DNA of 64,000 nt from Thermodesulfobacteriota bacterium (GTDB lineage Bacteria; Desulfobacterota; Binatia; Binatales; Binataceae). The DNA is taken from the NCBI GenBank assembly GCA_046728175.1, contig JBKPEA010000029.1, positions 5,502 to 69,501 of the forward strand, read 5' to 3'. This document shows, one piece after another, positions 9,070-18,014 of the stretch. The stretch's first letter is position 1; each line of letters begins with the position of its first letter. Position numbers and translations under genes: made by a program. Under the pieces are notes generated by a model. It was not told the origin of the DNA. It saw only the letters and a list, made by a program, of their open reading frames with translations, and ran no database searches.

Positions 9070-10434
9070 ATGGTCGAGATGAATCCGCAGGTCTTTCGCG
9101 AATACGATATTCGCGGTGTGGTTGAGGATGATTTCGATGATGAGTTCGTGTCCGACCTCGGGCGCGCCTATGCGACGGTCCTCCACCGGGCGGGAAAAAG
9201 AAACATAACCCTCGGCCGTGATTGCCGCCTGTCGTCGCCCGCGTTGCGTGCGCGCTTGCTCGACGGCCTCCTGGAATCGGGGATCAATGTCATCGATGTC
9301 GGAGTCGTGCCGACCCCGCTGCTCTATTTTTCGGTGCTGCATTGGCAGATGGATGGCGGCGTCATGATAACCGGCAGCCACAATGCCGCCGAGTATAACG
9401 GTTTTAAGCTCGGTGTGGGTCCGACCACGATCTTTGGAGAGGAGATTCAGAACGTCCGGCGCCTCGTCGAAACGCGGGATTTTCAGGCTGGTGGAACGCC
9501 GGGCAAGCTCACAGAGAAACCCATCGTGCCCGAATATGGGGAGTTCATTCTTTCGCAGTTCAAGCTGCGCAAGGGCATGAAGGTGGCGGTTGATGGAGGA
9601 AACGGATGCGGGGGCGCGATCGCGGTGCCGCTGATGAAACAACTTGGAGTGGAAGTCATCGAGTTGTTCATCGAGATGGATGGCCGCTTCCCTAATCACC
9701 ATCCCGACCCGACCGTCGAGGCCAACATGCGCCACCTGCAGGGGGCGGTTAAGCAGCACGGCGCGGAACTTGGAATTGCCTACGACGGCGACGCGGACCG
9801 GATTGGCGCGACCGACGAGAACGGCAGGATCGTGTGGGGCGATGAACTCATGGTTATTTTCTCCCGCGCGATTCTGAAGGAGCGCGCCGGCGCGGCGATT
9901 ATCGGCGACGTAAAATGCTCACAGCGCATGTATGACGATATCGCGAAGCGGGGCGGCCGTCCGATCATGTGGAAAACCGGACACTCGCTGATAAAAAGCA
10001 AGCTCCGGGAAGAGCAGGCGGCGCTGGCCGGCGAGATGAGCGGGCACATGTTCTTTGCCGATCGCTATTTTGGTTTCGACGACGCCATCTATGCGTCTTT
10101 CCGCCTGCTTGAAATCGTGAGCAACCAGCAGCTTGGCCTGGGCGCCTTGCTCGCGGACCTGCCGCGCAGCATTTTCACGCCCGAAATACGGCTCGACTGT
10201 GCGGACGATCGCAAATTTGAAGTCGTCCGGCGTGCGACCGAATTCTTCCGCAAAAATTACCCGGTCATCGATATCGACGGGGTGCGGGTCGGATTCGACG
10301 ACGGATGGGGCCTGGTGCGGGCCTCCAACACCCAGCCCGCGCTGGTGATGCGATTCGAAGCCCAGAGCGCGAAGCGGCTTGAGGAGATCCGAGCACTGTT
10401 CGAGAAGAAGCTCAAAGAGCTGGGCGCGATCTAG
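9070..10434 (+). CDS. phosphomannomutase/phosphoglucomutase
   Basis: FREYDIRGVV is present and TGSHNAAEYNGFK is the active-site Ser loop. The layout has four domains and 454 aa. Confidence 0.9.
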   Translation: MVEMNPQVFREYDIRGVVEDDFDDEFVSDLGRAYATVLHRAGKRNITLGRDCRLSSPALRARLLDGLLESGINVIDVGVVPTPLLYFSVLHWQMDGGVMITGSHNAAEYNGFKLGVGPTTIFGEEIQNVRRLVETRDFQAGGTPGKLTEKPIVPEYGEFILSQFKLRKGMKVAVDGGNGCGGAIAVPLMKQLGVEVIELFIEMDGRFPNHHPDPTVEANMRHLQGAVKQHGAELGIAYDGDADRIGATDENGRIVWGDELMVIFSRAILKERAGAAIIGDVKCSQRMYDDIAKRGGRPIMWKTGHSLIKSKLREEQAALAGEMSGHMFFADRYFGFDDAIYASFRLLEIVSNQQLGLGALLADLPRSIFTPEIRLDCADDRKFEVVRRATEFFRKNYPVIDIDGVRVGFDDGWGLVRASNTQPALVMRFEAQSAKRLEEIRALFEKKLKELGAI

Positions 10435-10440
10435 CCGACC

Positions 10441-11508
10441 ATGGCGTCGCAGCGGCGGACCGCCGGGTTTTCCGCACTGATCATCGCGGGCGGCAGCGGG
10501 ACCCGATTCTGGCCCGCCAGCCGCGCGGCGCGTCCCAAGCCCTTGTTCTCGGTGGACGGAAAGCGGACCCTGCTCGCGAATACGGCGCTGCGCCTGCAAC
10601 CGCTGGCCTCGCCGTCCCGCATCTTTGTGCTGGCCGCGGCTTCCCATGCAACCGCATTCCGCCGCGCGCTCAGAGGGCTGATTCCTCCAGGCAATCTGCT
10701 TATCGAACCTGCCGCGCGCGGAACCGCGGTCGCTATCGCGTACGGTGCCGCGGTCATCGAGCGCCGCATGGGGCCGGGGGTCATCGCGGCGCTCCCGGCG
10801 GACCACCTGATCGAGCCCGCCGCACAATTTCGGGCGACCCTCTCTGCGGCCGCCGCCCTGGCGGCGGGCAACCAATCGATCGTCGTTATCGGCGTTCCGC
10901 CGAGCCATCCGGAACCGGGATTCGGTTACCTGAAGGTCGGCGAGGTGCACGGCCGCGGATTTGTCGTGGAGAGGTTCGTCGAGAAGCCCGCCCTCGCCAG
11001 CGCGCGCAGGATGGTTCGATCGGGAAGATATCTGTGGAACGCAGGGATGTTTGTGTTTTCGACGAATACGCTGGATGCCGAGTTGCGCCGAATAGTGCCG
11101 TCCCTGCAAAGCTCGGTGCGGCGGCTGGTCGGTATGCCCGCAAGAGGCGTAGCCCGCGCTTATCGCCGGCTGGCCTTCGATTCTTTCGATCGCGAAGTGG
11201 TTGAAAAGAGCAAACGGGTTCTCGGCGTGCGAGCGCGATTTCAGTGGCACGATGTGGGATCGTGGGAAGGATTGCGTCATGCGATCGGTGGCCAGGGAGG
11301 AAGGATTCTGCGCGGCAACATTATCGCGCTCGATTCGGATCGCGTGGTCGCTCACGCCGGAAAACGCTTGATGGTGCTGTTTGGTGCCCATGACATCGTG
11401 GCAATCGACACCGACGATGCCGTCCTGGTGGCGCATCGCTCCAGGTCGCAAGACCTGCGCCGCGTCAGCGAAGAGCTCTCCCGCCGCGGTTTGCACAAGT
11501 ACCTGTAG
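10441..11508 (+). CDS. mannose-1-phosphate guanylyltransferase
   Basis: ALIIAGGSGTRFWPASR is the NTP-transferase motif, with ManC-like length and an adjacent PMM gene. Confidence 0.85.
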   Translation: MASQRRTAGFSALIIAGGSGTRFWPASRAARPKPLFSVDGKRTLLANTALRLQPLASPSRIFVLAAASHATAFRRALRGLIPPGNLLIEPAARGTAVAIAYGAAVIERRMGPGVIAALPADHLIEPAAQFRATLSAAAALAAGNQSIVVIGVPPSHPEPGFGYLKVGEVHGRGFVVERFVEKPALASARRMVRSGRYLWNAGMFVFSTNTLDAELRRIVPSLQSSVRRLVGMPARGVARAYRRLAFDSFDREVVEKSKRVLGVRARFQWHDVGSWEGLRHAIGGQGGRILRGNIIALDSDRVVAHAGKRLMVLFGAHDIVAIDTDDAVLVAHRSRSQDLRRVSEELSRRGLHKYL

Positions 11509-11804
11509 GACCGTGACACGCAATTGCGAGAGTCTTTCGGCTTCGACCTCGCGTTGAGCGCTTTCCGGCCACCGAGCGTTAGAGACTGGAGAAGGGTCTC
11601 ATCGTTCCAACCTCCCGTGTCGTACCCGACCTGGGAGACCCTGCGGTTTCCGCACACTGCAGCCGCGGGCGACAAAGTGAGAATTGCGTCGGGCATCCCG
11701 CTACCGGGGCAGAAACCGGTCGCCGCGACGACCAGACCGGACCACGCACCGCTAGTAATGGGCTCCGCCCAGGGTCTCCGGGCGTCCGAATTCGGGTTGG
11801 GGGG

Positions 11805-12296
11805 TTAGTCGAGCGCCTGGGGATCGCACTTGAGCGCAAGCGCGCGCAACTGGGTTTGCGCTTCACCATCTGCGATCGCCACCGCCAGGAGCTTCTCCGC
11901 CGTCGCCGAGTCGATTCCTTCCCAGACCCTGCAAGCTCTCTCAATTTCACTGACGACCATGCCCAACATCGCAAGGTCATGGTTGAGGCGCTCCCAGTTG
12001 TTCGAGCCCTCGTGCGGCGTGGACTCGGGCGGGCGCGGCCACATCTGGCGATCAGCCAGGAGGCTTCGAAGAACCTGGAACCCTTCGCTCTGTTGCGCCG
12101 CGATGCGTTCGAGGCCGGTCCTGATCGTTCCGTAGGGACACATTGCCGCGTGACGCGCGAGCCTTTCGATCAAGGCTTCCTTGCGGCCGGCCAGCTCGGC
12201 CAGCCGGGCCAAAGCGGTCTTGTCTGAAGAAGGCAGAAACCTGTCAAAAAATCCCATCGCCGATGCCATCTTCCCCCACCTGCTTTGCCGCATCAC
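11805..12296 (-). CDS. hypothetical protein (about 155-163 aa, helical, no recognised domain)
   Basis: The ORF lies 46 bp downstream of the HExxH gene on the same strand, suggesting a two-gene operon. No motif was recognised. Confidence 0.45.
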   Translation of the reverse strand: MMRQSRWGKMASAMGFFDRFLPSSDKTALARLAELAGRKEALIERLARHAAMCPYGTIRTGLERIAAQQSEGFQVLRSLLADRQMWPRPPESTPHEGSNNWERLNHDLAMLGMVVSEIERACRVWEGIDSATAEKLLAVAIADGEAQTQLRALALKCDPQALD

Positions 12297-12341
12297 CTAA
12301 GGCATCAAACGCTCGACCAGAGGCGCGGCCAGTTGCGAGCT

Positions 12342-12953
12342 TTACCTATCGGTATCGCGACCATGCCTGTCAAGCCATGCCCGCAGCAGCGCCGGCCCCT
12401 CGGTCTCCGCTGGTTCTTGCGGAGCGATCGTCGAGCGTACCAGGAATGATTCGCGCGCGAAGAATCCGTGAGTGTGAAAGGAGTCCTCCAGCTTCAGCAC
12501 GCTGTAATCGAAGTAGTGAACCAGCTCGTGCATCAGCGTGCGCACGAAAGTCCGTGGTTTTACCACCTCGCGCCGCTCCGCGGTGCACATCCAGAGCACG
12601 ATACGGGGTAGCGTTCGGTTGTGCGGATCGGAAGGATAGAAGAGTCCGTGCAGTTCACCCCGAGTATTCTTGGGGCGCACCTCGCGCACCTCGACGGCCA
12701 GGCCCGGCACGCCCGCAAGGCGGCACATCTCGGACGCGACTTTACATGCCGCCTGTTCCGTGTCGGTCGCACTGCCTTTTGCCAGGACGCGCGTCAAGCT
12801 GGCGACCGATCTGGCCGCCGAAGCATCGGGAACAAATTCATACCGAGTGATCGAATCGCTCTCCAGATAACAGCGCTGTGCATGCGGGGGAAGACGATAG
12901 AAAAAGCCGGGCAGTTTATCTGACAGTGGTCCCGGTTTGCGAGTGTTGGGCAT
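12342..12953 (-). CDS. hypothetical protein with HExxH motif (putative Zn-metallopeptidase-like)
   Basis: The protein is 203 aa. RTLMHELVHYFDY carries an HExxH zinc-binding-like motif, but the family was not recognised. Confidence 0.5.
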   Translation of the reverse strand: MPNTRKPGPLSDKLPGFFYRLPPHAQRCYLESDSITRYEFVPDASAARSVASLTRVLAKGSATDTEQAACKVASEMCRLAGVPGLAVEVREVRPKNTRGELHGLFYPSDPHNRTLPRIVLWMCTAERREVVKPRTFVRTLMHELVHYFDYSVLKLEDSFHTHGFFARESFLVRSTIAPQEPAETEGPALLRAWLDRHGRDTDR

Positions 12954-13042
12954 TGAAGCGAGTCAGCGCTATCGGCGGCCCTTTCTGCGCTTCATCCACT
13001 TTCATATCATCGGCGGCGGGCCGTCAGGAAAGGCCGCGTCAT

Positions 13043-13528
13043 ATGGAAATCAAAACGATCGCGATCAGCAAGCCGGCTGACGAGGTTAATGTGATCATCG
13101 GCCAGGCGCACTTCATAAAGACCGTTGAGGATCTATACGAGGCGCTGGTGCAGGCGGTCCCGGGCATCCAGTTCGGCCTCGCCTTCGCGGAGTCTTCTGG
13201 TCCCTGCCTGATTCGTCATCTGGGCAGCGACCGGAACCTCGAGCAAGCCGCAATCGAGGCTATCTCCGCGATCGCTGCGGGTCACGTGTTTGTGATCATG
13301 CTCGGCAACGCATTCCCCGTGAATGTGCTGAATCAAATCAAGGCGGTGAGCGAGGTGTGCACGGTCTTCTGCGCCAGCGCCAACCCGCTGCGCGTGGTAG
13401 TCGCCGAGGAGGTCGGAGGACGGGCAGTTATCGGCGTTATCGATGGGAGCTCGCCTGCCGGGGTGGAGGGCGAGCCCGAGCAGCAGGAGCGTCACGCGAT
13501 GCTGCGCCGCTTCGGCTACAAGAAATAA
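13043..13528 (+). CDS. adenosine-specific kinase family protein (PF04008/DUF355-like; archaeal-type)
   Basis: MEIKTIAISKPADEVNVIIGQAHFIKTVEDLYEALVQAVPGIQFGLAFAESSGPCLIRH...VIGVIDGSSPAGVEGE...RRFGYK closely matches the archaeal adenosine-specific kinase family as I recall it. An AGGAAAGG ribosome-binding site precedes the ATG at 13043. Confidence 0.7.
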   Translation: MEIKTIAISKPADEVNVIIGQAHFIKTVEDLYEALVQAVPGIQFGLAFAESSGPCLIRHLGSDRNLEQAAIEAISAIAAGHVFVIMLGNAFPVNVLNQIKAVSEVCTVFCASANPLRVVVAEEVGGRAVIGVIDGSSPAGVEGEPEQQERHAMLRRFGYKK

Positions 13529-13634
13529 CCTTTTTACAGGAAAGCCGAAATGGCCGATTCCTGCACCTCGCTGGAGGCGAAAATATTATCTGCGAGCACC
13601 CCTATTTTTCGTTATGATTTGACCTGATTGGGCG

Positions 13635-16079
13635 ATGGCCAGTGGTGACAAGGGGCGGGGAAGGGGTGGCCGGCCGAAACGCGGATGGCGAATCGGCGGA
13701 TGGCGCGTGGCTACGATTGCGGGTGCGGCCTTCCTGCTCCTGTGCTTTGCCGCGGGTTTCTACGTCGCCCAGCTTTACGGCGAGATTTCCGAACTGATCG
13801 AGCAGCGGCGGGCAGCTCTCCGCTCCGCCATCTATACCGCTCCCGCCGTCATCAGGAGAGGCGATGACACGGGGACCACTGGACTGCTCGACCGGCTGAA
13901 CCACTTGAGCTACTTGCAGGTCGCGGTTGCCGATGCGCCCGGCGAATATTCGCGAAGGCGCGACGCGATGACCATCTATGCTCGCGGCTTCAAGGTCGGG
14001 CTCAACGACTACGCGCCCTCGATCATAAAACTCAGGCTCGACGGGGACCGAGTTGATGCGATCGCCGATTCTTTCGGAATCCCCAGGCGCAGCGCGATGC
14101 TTGAGCCAGAAGTGGTAGGGCGCTTGCTGCCGGGCGCTCCGGCCGAGCGCGTCGATGTTGTGCTCGGCGATCTCAAGCCCTATTTCGTCCGAGGTCTGAT
14201 TGCGACCGAAGACCGGTGGTTTTACTACCATCCCGGGCTCGATCCGATTCGCGTCGTTGAAGCCGCATTGGTGGACTTGCGATCCCACCGCCTGTCCCAG
14301 GGAGCCAGCACCATCACCCAGCAATTGGCCCGCACTTTCCTGGATCGATTCGACCGAAGTTTCGGCCGCAAATTTCGTGAGCTGGCGGTCGCGATCGTGC
14401 TGGAGATTCGGCTCAGCAAGAACGAAATTCTCGAGCGTTACATCAGCGACGTGCCGATGGGTGCGTATAGTGGTACGCCGATCGACGGCATGCCGCAGGC
14501 CTCTCGCTATATTTTCAACAAAGACCTGCGCCAGGTGACGCCCGCCGAGGCGGCGACCCTCATCGGGATGGTCCAGGCGCCCACCCTGTATGATCCTCGC
14601 CGGCATCCCGAGGCCTGCCGCGCAAGGCGCGACACGGTGCTGGCGGTGATGAAGCGCGATGGTGTGATCGATGACGCCGCGTATCGCGCCGCGATCGCAT
14701 CGCCCATCGACGTGACGCAGCCGCCGGGGCTTCGCCGCGCGCCCTATTTCACCGATTATGTTGTCGGCTTGGTCGAGAAAACTCCCGGGCTCCACGGACG
14801 CCTCGAAGGCTTGAAGGTTTACACGACTCTCGATCCTAAGATGCAGTCTGACGCCGCCGGTGCGGTGACCGAGAATCTCGAACGACTTGAAAAGCGTCAT
14901 CCATACCTGCGCCGCGCACACGCCAAGGACCAGCTTGAGAGCGCGATAGTGGTGCTCGATGCGGAGACCGGGGCGATTCGTGCGATGGTTGGCGGGCGCG
15001 ACTATTCATCCAGTCAATTCAATCGCGCCGCCATGGCCGAGCGACAGCCGGGCTCCGCTTTCAAGCCGATTGTCTACCTGGCCGCGCTCGATCCGGAACG
15101 ATCGCCGTTAATCTCTCGGTTGACGTTGGCCTCGACCCTTCCCGACCATCCGATGTCCTTCGGTGGGTGGACGCCGGTGAACTACGAGCGCACCTACCAG
15201 GGTCAGGTCACGGTAGTCGAAGCGTTGTTCGAATCGCTCAACGTGCCGACCGCGTGGGTTGGCAGCCAGCTGGGGCCGGCGAAGATTGTCCAGACCGCGC
15301 ACGAGCTTGGAATCGGCGGGAATTTGCCGGCGGTGCTGCCAATCTCGATCGGCGCGGACGAGACCACGCTGCTCGAGCTAACCGGCGCCTACCAGGTGTT
15401 TGCGAGCGGTGGCCTGCAGGATCCGCCGTATGCGGTCGAATCGGTGGTCGACGGAGCCGGGCATCTCGTCTACCACCACGATGACCAGGAACAGCGTGTG
15501 ATCAATCCCTCGGTTGCTTTCCTCATAACGGGTGCGCTCAAGCAGGTGCTGCGATATGGCACCGGCGCGGCGGCGAGCAGCATGGGGGTGGACTTTCCTG
15601 CCGCCGGGAAGACCGGAACCACCCAGGATTATCACGACGGCTACTTCATCGGTTACACGCCCCAACTGGTGTGCGGGGTATGGGTAGGGTTCGACCAACC
15701 GCAAACCCTCAGGATGCCGGGCGCGCAGGCCACTCTACCGGCGTGGGTTTCGTTCATGAACAATAACGTATCGCCGGATTCGCCGGATTTTCCGGAACCG
15801 TCGGGAATCGTGTATGCGACAATCGATCCGCAAAGCGGAGGGCTTGCCACGCCTTACTGTCCACGCGCGATGGCTTTGCCGTTTCTGATCGGCACCTCAC
15901 CAACTGGTATCTGTCCGCTGCACGCCGGCCTCATCGCCTCTGCGCCTCTACCTCCAGCCGTGGCCACCGGTACTGCGCCGCCCGCCGTCGCAGGGCCCCA
16001 ACCCAGCGCGTCACCGAGCCCGTCTTCCGAGAGCCTGATAGGAGCGGTCGCCGGATTCTTCGGCCGGCTCTTTCACTGA
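13635..16079 (+). CDS. class A penicillin-binding protein (PBP1A; transglycosylase + transpeptidase) with Pro/Ala-rich C-tail
   Basis: GT51 motifs are present (EDRWFYYHPG, TITQQLAR, RYISDVPMG). The transpeptidase has SAFKP (SxxK) and KTGT. An N-terminal TM anchor is present. Confidence 0.92.
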   Translation: MASGDKGRGRGGRPKRGWRIGGWRVATIAGAAFLLLCFAAGFYVAQLYGEISELIEQRRAALRSAIYTAPAVIRRGDDTGTTGLLDRLNHLSYLQVAVADAPGEYSRRRDAMTIYARGFKVGLNDYAPSIIKLRLDGDRVDAIADSFGIPRRSAMLEPEVVGRLLPGAPAERVDVVLGDLKPYFVRGLIATEDRWFYYHPGLDPIRVVEAALVDLRSHRLSQGASTITQQLARTFLDRFDRSFGRKFRELAVAIVLEIRLSKNEILERYISDVPMGAYSGTPIDGMPQASRYIFNKDLRQVTPAEAATLIGMVQAPTLYDPRRHPEACRARRDTVLAVMKRDGVIDDAAYRAAIASPIDVTQPPGLRRAPYFTDYVVGLVEKTPGLHGRLEGLKVYTTLDPKMQSDAAGAVTENLERLEKRHPYLRRAHAKDQLESAIVVLDAETGAIRAMVGGRDYSSSQFNRAAMAERQPGSAFKPIVYLAALDPERSPLISRLTLASTLPDHPMSFGGWTPVNYERTYQGQVTVVEALFESLNVPTAWVGSQLGPAKIVQTAHELGIGGNLPAVLPISIGADETTLLELTGAYQVFASGGLQDPPYAVESVVDGAGHLVYHHDDQEQRVINPSVAFLITGALKQVLRYGTGAAASSMGVDFPAAGKTGTTQDYHDGYFIGYTPQLVCGVWVGFDQPQTLRMPGAQATLPAWVSFMNNNVSPDSPDFPEPSGIVYATIDPQSGGLATPYCPRAMALPFLIGTSPTGICPLHAGLIASAPLPPAVATGTAPPAVAGPQPSASPSPSSESLIGAVAGFFGRLFH

Positions 16080-16285
16080 AACCCGTTGGGATTGGCGTTT
16101 CTTCGCCTGCGGTTTTGAGTGCCCCCGCTAAACTCGATGGCTGCTGGAGCCGCCCGCCCTCTCTCGGAAGGCGAACTGAAGCGAAAAACTTCCTCGCGCT
16201 GCTATCTTGGTGCACGGCGCGCCCGGCCCCATCTTTTGAAGTGCTGAGTCGTCCGCCGCCGAGTGAAGGAAAATCGCTGGTCTGA

Positions 16286-17146
16286 CTACTGCTTCGGATT
16301 TTCGTCCTCGGACTCGTCGGGTCGTTGGGACCACTGCGACGTTGACTCGGCTTCCGCCCCCAGAGGCGGCGGAGCCGCGAGCCGGCGAGCGATGATGATG
16401 AATGCGGAGTGTGCAACCATGCGGTTCAGCGGGCGCACGCTGAGTCCCTTGACTTGCCAGTGGCGCAGCAGCGTCTCGAAGCTCTCGATTTGTCCGAACT
16501 CGGCATGCGCCTGCAGCGCGTCGACGGTGTCTTTCAATTGCAGTGCCGTGGGGACGTAACTAACCAGCACCCCGCCCGGGCGGAGCGCACGCGCCGCCAC
16601 TTGCAGTGCCCGGCCAGGTTCCGGCAAATCCAGGAACATCCGATCCGCCGCGGTCTCATCGAAACCCTCATAGAGGTCGCGCCGTTTGAGGGTCCAGTAG
16701 GGCGCTGGGCCGAAGAATACCGCGACGTTGCGTTGCGCAAGATCCGCGAAATCGTCGCGAATCTCGTAAGAGACGAGCCGCCCCTGCGGTCCGATCGCGC
16801 GCAGCAGCGCGATGGTGAGCGCGCCCGCGCCGACCCCTCCCTCGATGACCGTTGCACCGGGGAATACGTCGCCCCAAACGATCAGCGGACCCGTGTCCTT
16901 CGGATAGATGACCTGCGCGGTGCGAGGCAGGTGTGGCACCAGGTCGGCGTAAGTCGGTCTCAGGACCAGGAAGGTCTCACCGCCAGAAAACTTGACCCGC
17001 GATCCTTCCTCGATTCCGACCAGCGAATCCGCCATTAGGTCGCCGCGGATCAGCAGTTTCTGACCGGGTTTGAGAACCTTCAGGTAACGCCGGCCCTTGC
17101 GATCGATGAAGATCACGGCGTCGTTGGGTTTCAAACGAGAATCCAC
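16286..17146 (-). CDS. trmI: tRNA (adenine-N1)-methyltransferase TrmI/GCD14 family
   Basis: The N-terminal beta-domain is followed by a SAM-MTase with VIEGGVGAGALT (motif I). The length matches TrmI. Confidence 0.8.
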   Translation of the reverse strand: MDSRLKPNDAVIFIDRKGRRYLKVLKPGQKLLIRGDLMADSLVGIEEGSRVKFSGGETFLVLRPTYADLVPHLPRTAQVIYPKDTGPLIVWGDVFPGATVIEGGVGAGALTIALLRAIGPQGRLVSYEIRDDFADLAQRNVAVFFGPAPYWTLKRRDLYEGFDETAADRMFLDLPEPGRALQVAARALRPGGVLVSYVPTALQLKDTVDALQAHAEFGQIESFETLLRHWQVKGLSVRPLNRMVAHSAFIIIARRLAAPPPLGAEAESTSQWSQRPDESEDENPKQ

Positions 17147-17267
17147 GGGTCATCTACCGATAGACGCATGCTGTCGCGGGTGCAACGCGGCTCAACCCTA
17201 TTGACTGCGGATGACGGCGGGGCCTAGGCTTTTTGCCGCGCTCGGTCCGAACGACGGCCGGGCGATT

Positions 17268-17295
17268 TTGCATGTCCCTGAAAAGTGGTTAAATC
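17268..17295 (+). promoter_or_regulatory. candidate sigma70-type promoter (TTGCAT-N15/16-TTAAATC) upstream of small zinc-ribbon gene
   Basis: It is read directly from the sequence, about 70 bp upstream of the 17368 ATG. Confidence 0.3.
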
Positions 17296-17367
17296 ATCTC
17301 ATGCCGATGGCGAATGCCCGGCCAATCCGCCTTTTCGGCACAAATTCGGCACGGATCAGGGGTGACA

Positions 17368-17538
17368 ATGGCAGAAAAGAAAGCAAGGACCGCGGAAAAA
17401 GGCAGCGAACTGCAGAACCGGCACGTGTGTCCGAGCTGCGGCGCGGAGAGCAAGGTAACCAAGTTCGCTGGTTTCGGGCGCAAGGGTCTCTACCTGGTGT
17501 GCGAAAAGGCCTGTGGCTACGTCGGCCGAACGCGTTAA
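17368..17538 (+). CDS. small C4 zinc-ribbon protein (56 aa)
   Basis: The sequence is MAEKKARTAEKGSELQNRHVCPSCGAESKV...LVCEKACGY. An AGGGGTGA ribosome-binding site lies 6 nt before the ATG. Confidence 0.5.
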   Translation: MAEKKARTAEKGSELQNRHVCPSCGAESKVTKFAGFGRKGLYLVCEKACGYVGRTR

Positions 17539-17557
17539 GCATTTCGGGAGTAACGCG

Positions 17558-17968
17558 ATGGGTAGAACGCGGAAAAGCAAGACTTCCAAGCGCGACCGCT
17601 ACGCAAGTTTCGGGGATATGGCGGACGAAGCCGATGAAGATGCGGATCTTCCCAAGGACGAGGCCGGACGACGCAAGATAAAGCGCCAGTATGCCGAGTT
17701 ACTCGGCATCCGCATCGAAAAACTCCGGGGCCGGATTCTCAATCGCGAGCGGATCAACAAGACCATCGAGGGTATCTACTTCATCTGCAGTAATTGTTTG
17801 AAGGTGTGCCATTCGCTCGACGATGGGCTGACCGAGGATCCCGACAATCAGAACAACCAGTGCGGCGCGTGCAGCAAGGCGAAGTCGGTTCCCACGCCGC
17901 CCGCGCCTGCACCCAAACCGGCGGCATCAAACCGCAGCGCGCGCCGCAAACGCGCCGCGGCGAGCTGA
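17558..17968 (+). CDS. hypothetical protein with basic N-terminus, CxxC...CxxC zinc ribbon and Pro/Ala-rich basic tail
   Basis: The protein is 136 aa with FICSNCLKVCHS...QCGACSKAK. It lies between the small zinc-ribbon gene and secF on the same strand. Confidence 0.45.
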   Translation: MGRTRKSKTSKRDRYASFGDMADEADEDADLPKDEAGRRKIKRQYAELLGIRIEKLRGRILNRERINKTIEGIYFICSNCLKVCHSLDDGLTEDPDNQNNQCGACSKAKSVPTPPAPAPKPAASNRSARRKRAAAS

Positions 17969-18014
17969 ACGGAAGTGGGTTGTGCCGGCGGGGGCGAAAA
18001 GCTAAACAGGGCCG

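Noticed and set aside
9919-11523. 534-aa minus-strand ORF spanning phosphomannomutase and manC
   Set aside because: It is antisense to two genes with unambiguous homology. Its Arg/Gly/His-rich composition is typical of spurious high-GC antisense frames.
11524-11808. 94-aa plus-strand ORF in the manC downstream spacer
   Set aside because: It has no ribosome-binding site and a Pro/Ser/Arg-rich translation. It overlaps the 3' end of the convergent hypothetical gene.
13602-14921. 439-aa minus-strand ORF
   Set aside because: It is antisense to the clearly identified PBP1A gene and has low-complexity Arg/Gly-rich composition.
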